DNA of 61,166 nt from Candidatus Saccharimonadota bacterium. GTDB lineage: Bacteria; Patescibacteriota; Saccharimonadia; Saccharimonadales; UBA4665. Numbering within the stretch: position 1 is the first letter of the stretch; the number at the start of each line of letters is the position of its first letter. Location of the stretch: the NCBI GenBank assembly GCA_027346135.1, contig DAIESS010000002.1, positions 1-61,166 of the forward strand, written 5' to 3'. Below are positions 55,561-61,166 of this stretch, one piece after another. The position numbers and the translations under genes were made by a program. Under the pieces are notes generated by a model. It worked only from the letters and a program-made list of their open reading frames with translations. It was not told where the DNA came from and made no database searches.

Positions 55561-58500
55561 CAACGATAGTAATTATTTTGATAATTTTGGGGTTGCTTGG
55601 AGCGGCCGGTTGGGTTGCTTTTGTGTACATAGAACGAGCCCTGCGGGACCGCAAAAATTATGAGCGCGGTCTTAAAATGGTGCCGTTACTAATACACCTG
55701 CCGCCGCCTAGTGACGATATTGATGGTGGCGGACGAGATCGCCGTGACGTTGTCGATGAGCATATATCTAAGGCGCAGGTTATATACAACATTATTGCCA
55801 GCACGCTGCAGAAAGGTTTTAAGACCCGCATATATGGTCAGCGCCACTTTGCTTTCGAAATTGTTGGCCATGATGGCTTTGTTTACTTCTATGCAGCCGT
55901 ACCGGTGCCTTTGGTTGAAGTGATCAAACAGGCGGTAATTAGTGCTTATCCAACGGCTCAGCTTGAAGAAGTAAGTGAGCACAATATTTTCAACCAGATC
56001 GGTAAACTAACCGGTACGGTAGGTGGTGAAATGGTTCTAAAAGAGCAGTTCGCATACCCTATTGCCACCTATCAAGATCTAAAACGAGATACACTACAAT
56101 CACTCTTGAACGCGCTTTCTACACTCGATAAGGAAGACGGTGCGGCTATACAGTTGCTGATACGACCGGCTGATTCTAGCTGGCGTAAAACTGCATCGGC
56201 AGTAGCTAGTAGCAAGCGCAAGGGCGAAGAATCTAAAAAAGGAATGAGTGCTGTAGGCTCAATATCCAAGCAGATTTTGATGGCGCCAGTTAAGCCGCCG
56301 GAAGAAAAGAAAGCTGATGCTCCGCCTAAACCGGAGCTTTCACATATGGACCAATCCATACTTGATGCGATCGACGACAAGACGCGATATCCGGGTTATG
56401 AGGTCTTGGTTCGGGTGGTTGTATCGTCCAATATATCGCAACGGTCTCAGGCAATTCTGAGTAATATCGTAGCGACCTTTTCGTTGTTCGACGCGCCCGG
56501 GAAGAACGGCTTCAAATATATACCGGCAAAAGATGTTGACGAACTTACATCGGATTATATCCTTAGAGTATTCCCGGCCGAGAACAAAAAGACAATTCTA
56601 AACTCTATTGAATTGGCGACACTTTTCCATTTTCCGGACCAAAGCAACGTGCCAACATCGCAACTTAGACGGCAAGAATCCAAGCAAGTTGATGGGCCGC
56701 GCAATATACCAGAAAAGGGTCTACTGCTGGGCTATAACATTTTCCGTGGCGTCAAAAAACCAATTCGTCTGGACCTAGGCGACAGGCAGCGACACATGTA
56801 TGTGGTTGGTCAAACCGGTACTGGTAAGTCGACCTTTCTGGAAAACTTGGCCTTGCAAGACATGCTAAACGGCAATGGTTTTGCCTTTGTTGACCCGCAT
56901 GGTGATACGGCCGAAAAATTGTTATCCATGGTTCCTAAAGAGCGGACCGAAGACCTTATTTATTTTTCGCCAGCCGACACTGACTTCCCGATGGGGCTTA
57001 ATTTGTTCGAGTTTCATTCACCGGATCAGAAAGATTTCCTTATACAAGAGGCTCTTAACATGCTCTATAAGTTGTATGACCCTCAACACCAGGGCATTAT
57101 GGGCCCGAGGTATGAGCACCTGTTCCGTAACGCCGCTTTGACGGTCATGGCCGACCCGGCCGGTGGTACCTTCGTAGATATCCCTAAGTTATTCCGCGAT
57201 CCGAAGTTTGTGCAGCAAAAGCTACAACACGTTAAGGACCAAACGGTCATCGAATTCTGGCAGAAGGAAATGCCACAGTCGCAAAGATCGAACGAATTTG
57301 GTGAAGTTGTTAGTTGGTTTGTGAGTAAATTTGGTGCATTCGTTTCTAACGAGATGATGCGTAATATTATCGGGCAGACAAAAAGTGCGTTCGATTTGCG
57401 CGACATTATGGACAACAAAAAAATCCTGCTAGTGAACCTGAGTAAAGGGCGAACAGGCGAACTTAATAGCAAATTGCTGGGTATGATTTTCGTAATGAAA
57501 TTCCAGGCGGCCGCTATGAGTCGTGCCAACATTCCGGAGTCTGAGCGGGTCGACTTTTCGTTGTACGTGGATGAGTTTCAAAACTTCTCGACCGATTCGT
57601 TTGCGACCATCATGTCGGAAGCGCGCAAGTATCACTTGAATCTTATTGTTGCGAACCAGTTTACGACACAGCTAACGACCGAGATCCGTGACGCGGTTTT
57701 CGGTAACATGGGTACGATCGTGTCGTTTAGGGTCGGTCAAAATGATGTCGAATCACTAGTTAAGTATTTCCAGCCGATATTCGAAAGTGACGACTTATTG
57801 AGGGTACCCAACTACAACACAATCATACGTACGCTGGTTGGCGGTGTACCGACGCAGCCTTTTAGTATGGCGACGTTACCGCCATTGGGTAACCCGAATG
57901 CCAAATTGGCTGATGCTCTAAAGCAGCTTTCTGCCGCAAAGTACGGCAAGCCACGAGCAGTTGTCGAAAAGGATATATTTGCTCGTATGGCAACGCAAGA
58001 AGCGCCCAAGCCAGCCTTTGGTGCTGAATTTGGTTCAGCAGCCAACAAGTCTCCTTTTGACTCGCCAAAAGCGCCTTGGGATACTCCTGCGAGGGCAACG
58101 GCGACGCCAACTACTGGCGGATCACGGCGACCATCATCGCCAGCACCAGCATCGAGTTCATCATTCCTTGACGAGTGGCTTAATAAGCGCAAGACGGTTA
58201 CACCGCCGCGTCCAAGCAATGGCGTAGCTGCATCCGAATCTACCGAAAAGCCGGCGCCAATGGTTGCCGTGCCGCAACCCTCGGCTCAGCCCCAGACTGA
58301 AAGTAAACGTGCTGCCGACCAACATGGTGCTGAAACAAAGAATATTTCCAGTGACGAAATTGAGCAGCGTGAGGTTAATAAAATAGCCGCAGAGTTGAAA
58401 CATCAACTTGGGCCAGTCGGTACTCAGCCGAAGAACTCGCCAAAACAGCCACCTAAACCCAAAGAGGATAAGCCAAAGCCGGATGAACCAAAACCTGCCA

Positions 58501-58631
58501 AGCCAGCTTTTTCAATCAGTGATTTGCAGCCGAAAAATAGCGCAGCGTCGAACCTGCCAAAGGATGACGCAAACGATACTATATATATAGATCAAGACGG
58601 CACATTGCATATCAAGCAAGACCAGCCATAA
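55557..58631 (+). CDS. VirD4/TraD-like type IV secretion coupling ATPase (HerA/FtsK superfamily)
   Basis: N-terminal TM, RHMYVVGQTGTGKST (Walker A), DPHGD, LYVDEFQNF (Walker B), SEARKY.L.L.VANQ; long P/K-rich C-tail. Confidence 0.85.
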   Translation: MTTIVIILIILGLLGAAGWVAFVYIERALRDRKNYERGLKMVPLLIHLPPPSDDIDGGGRDRRDVVDEHISKAQVIYNIIASTLQKGFKTRIYGQRHFAFEIVGHDGFVYFYAAVPVPLVEVIKQAVISAYPTAQLEEVSEHNIFNQIGKLTGTVGGEMVLKEQFAYPIATYQDLKRDTLQSLLNALSTLDKEDGAAIQLLIRPADSSWRKTASAVASSKRKGEESKKGMSAVGSISKQILMAPVKPPEEKKADAPPKPELSHMDQSILDAIDDKTRYPGYEVLVRVVVSSNISQRSQAILSNIVATFSLFDAPGKNGFKYIPAKDVDELTSDYILRVFPAENKKTILNSIELATLFHFPDQSNVPTSQLRRQESKQVDGPRNIPEKGLLLGYNIFRGVKKPIRLDLGDRQRHMYVVGQTGTGKSTFLENLALQDMLNGNGFAFVDPHGDTAEKLLSMVPKERTEDLIYFSPADTDFPMGLNLFEFHSPDQKDFLIQEALNMLYKLYDPQHQGIMGPRYEHLFRNAALTVMADPAGGTFVDIPKLFRDPKFVQQKLQHVKDQTVIEFWQKEMPQSQRSNEFGEVVSWFVSKFGAFVSNEMMRNIIGQTKSAFDLRDIMDNKKILLVNLSKGRTGELNSKLLGMIFVMKFQAAAMSRANIPESERVDFSLYVDEFQNFSTDSFATIMSEARKYHLNLIVANQFTTQLTTEIRDAVFGNMGTIVSFRVGQNDVESLVKYFQPIFESDDLLRVPNYNTIIRTLVGGVPTQPFSMATLPPLGNPNAKLADALKQLSAAKYGKPRAVVEKDIFARMATQEAPKPAFGAEFGSAANKSPFDSPKAPWDTPARATATPTTGGSRRPSSPAPASSSSFLDEWLNKRKTVTPPRPSNGVAASESTEKPAPMVAVPQPSAQPQTESKRAADQHGAETKNISSDEIEQREVNKIAAELKHQLGPVGTQPKNSPKQPPKPKEDKPKPDEPKPAKPAFSISDLQPKNSAASNLPKDDANDTIYIDQDGTLHIKQDQP

Positions 58632-58709
58632 ACCGCCTAGGTCTAGTCGACGAGACCAAAAGCTGATCCTGGGGCAACTTGTGGTAGGGGTTGTTTTAAT
58701 CTATAATAG

Positions 58710-60722
<2,013 letters not shown>

Positions 60723-60723
60723 G

Positions 60724-61166
60724 ATGGACGACGAAAACAACACCCCAAACCAACCGATAGAGCCTGACGAAATTATTAAGCCCGAGACTCCAATGGAAGA
60801 GCGTCGCCGCAATACAACATTAGCGGCCGATGTGCTCGATTCCGGCCACTCACGGGCTGTCGAGCTCCGTACGGTCGAGAATGTCATGGAGGATAGCTAC
60901 TTGCGCTATTCCATGAGCGTTATCATTGACCGCGCCTTGCCCGATGTTCGTGATGGCATGAAGCCCGTGCACCGCCGTATTTTGTACACGATGAACCGCG
61001 ATGGTTTGCGTAGTAGCGCCCGCCACCGTAAATCGGCCACCGTTGTGGGTGCTGTGATGGGTGATTACCATCCTCATGGCGACAGCTCCATTTATGACAG
61101 TATGGTACGTATGGCTCAGGATTGGGCGATGCGTTATCCGTTGGTAAATGGCCAAGGTAACTTCGG
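60724..61166 (+). CDS. gyrA: DNA gyrase subunit A (truncated by the window end)
   Basis: Own translation from ATG 60724: [31 protein letters not shown]...[11 protein letters not shown]...GQGNF. Confidence 0.95.
   Translation, partial: MDDENNTPNQPIEPDEIIKPETPMEERRRNTTLAADVLDSGHSRAVELRTVENVMEDSYLRYSMSVIIDRALPDVRDGMKPVHRRILYTMNRDGLRSSARHRKSATVVGAVMGDYHPHGDSSIYDSMVRMAQDWAMRYPLVNGQGNF

Noticed and set aside
60850..61155. Minus-strand ORFs over the window end
   Set aside because: They are antisense to gyrA, which the track missed because it has no stop codon within the window.

Overview
Core-chromosome segment of a reduced-genome Patescibacteria/CPR bacterium, most likely Candidatus Saccharibacteria (TM7). 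The inference rests on the complete type IV pilus locus, ComM, a lone VirD4-like ATPase, PH-domain proteins, no biosynthetic pathways, TGA used as stop, and many apparently leaderless genes. Housekeeping content: truB, rpsO-pnp, udg, rnj, ftsK, rpsF-ssb-rpsR, efp, tlyA, ychF, a xer recombinase, ndk, nrdR, thrS with a T-box, miaA, rpmB, an ASCH-RNase H fusion, rnpB, infC-rpmI-rplT, comM, gyrB and partial gyrA, plus 6 tRNAs. The most unusual element lies at 19.85-22.75 kb, between ychF and the pilus locus: two tandem copies of a cassette. Each copy has a sigma70 promoter, a conserved structured ~280-nt leader and a conserved structured trailer, and is closed by a 15-bp long-range inverted repeat that shows a compensatory base-pair change between copies. 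The copies carry different high-GC, actinobacterial-style cargo: a 46-aa peptide missing from the ORF track, and a Thr-rich wall-anchored protein plus a class F sortase. Other points: a phage-like/truB chimeric junction at the window start, a 6S-like ncRNA, two divergent unannotated structured RNAs, a leader/attenuator before a stand-alone RNB nuclease, a hairpin-split RBS before rpsR, a CRP box beside a Crp/Fnr gene, and a GCTTATG motif at pilus promoters. All calls are by eye; no searches or folding programs were run.
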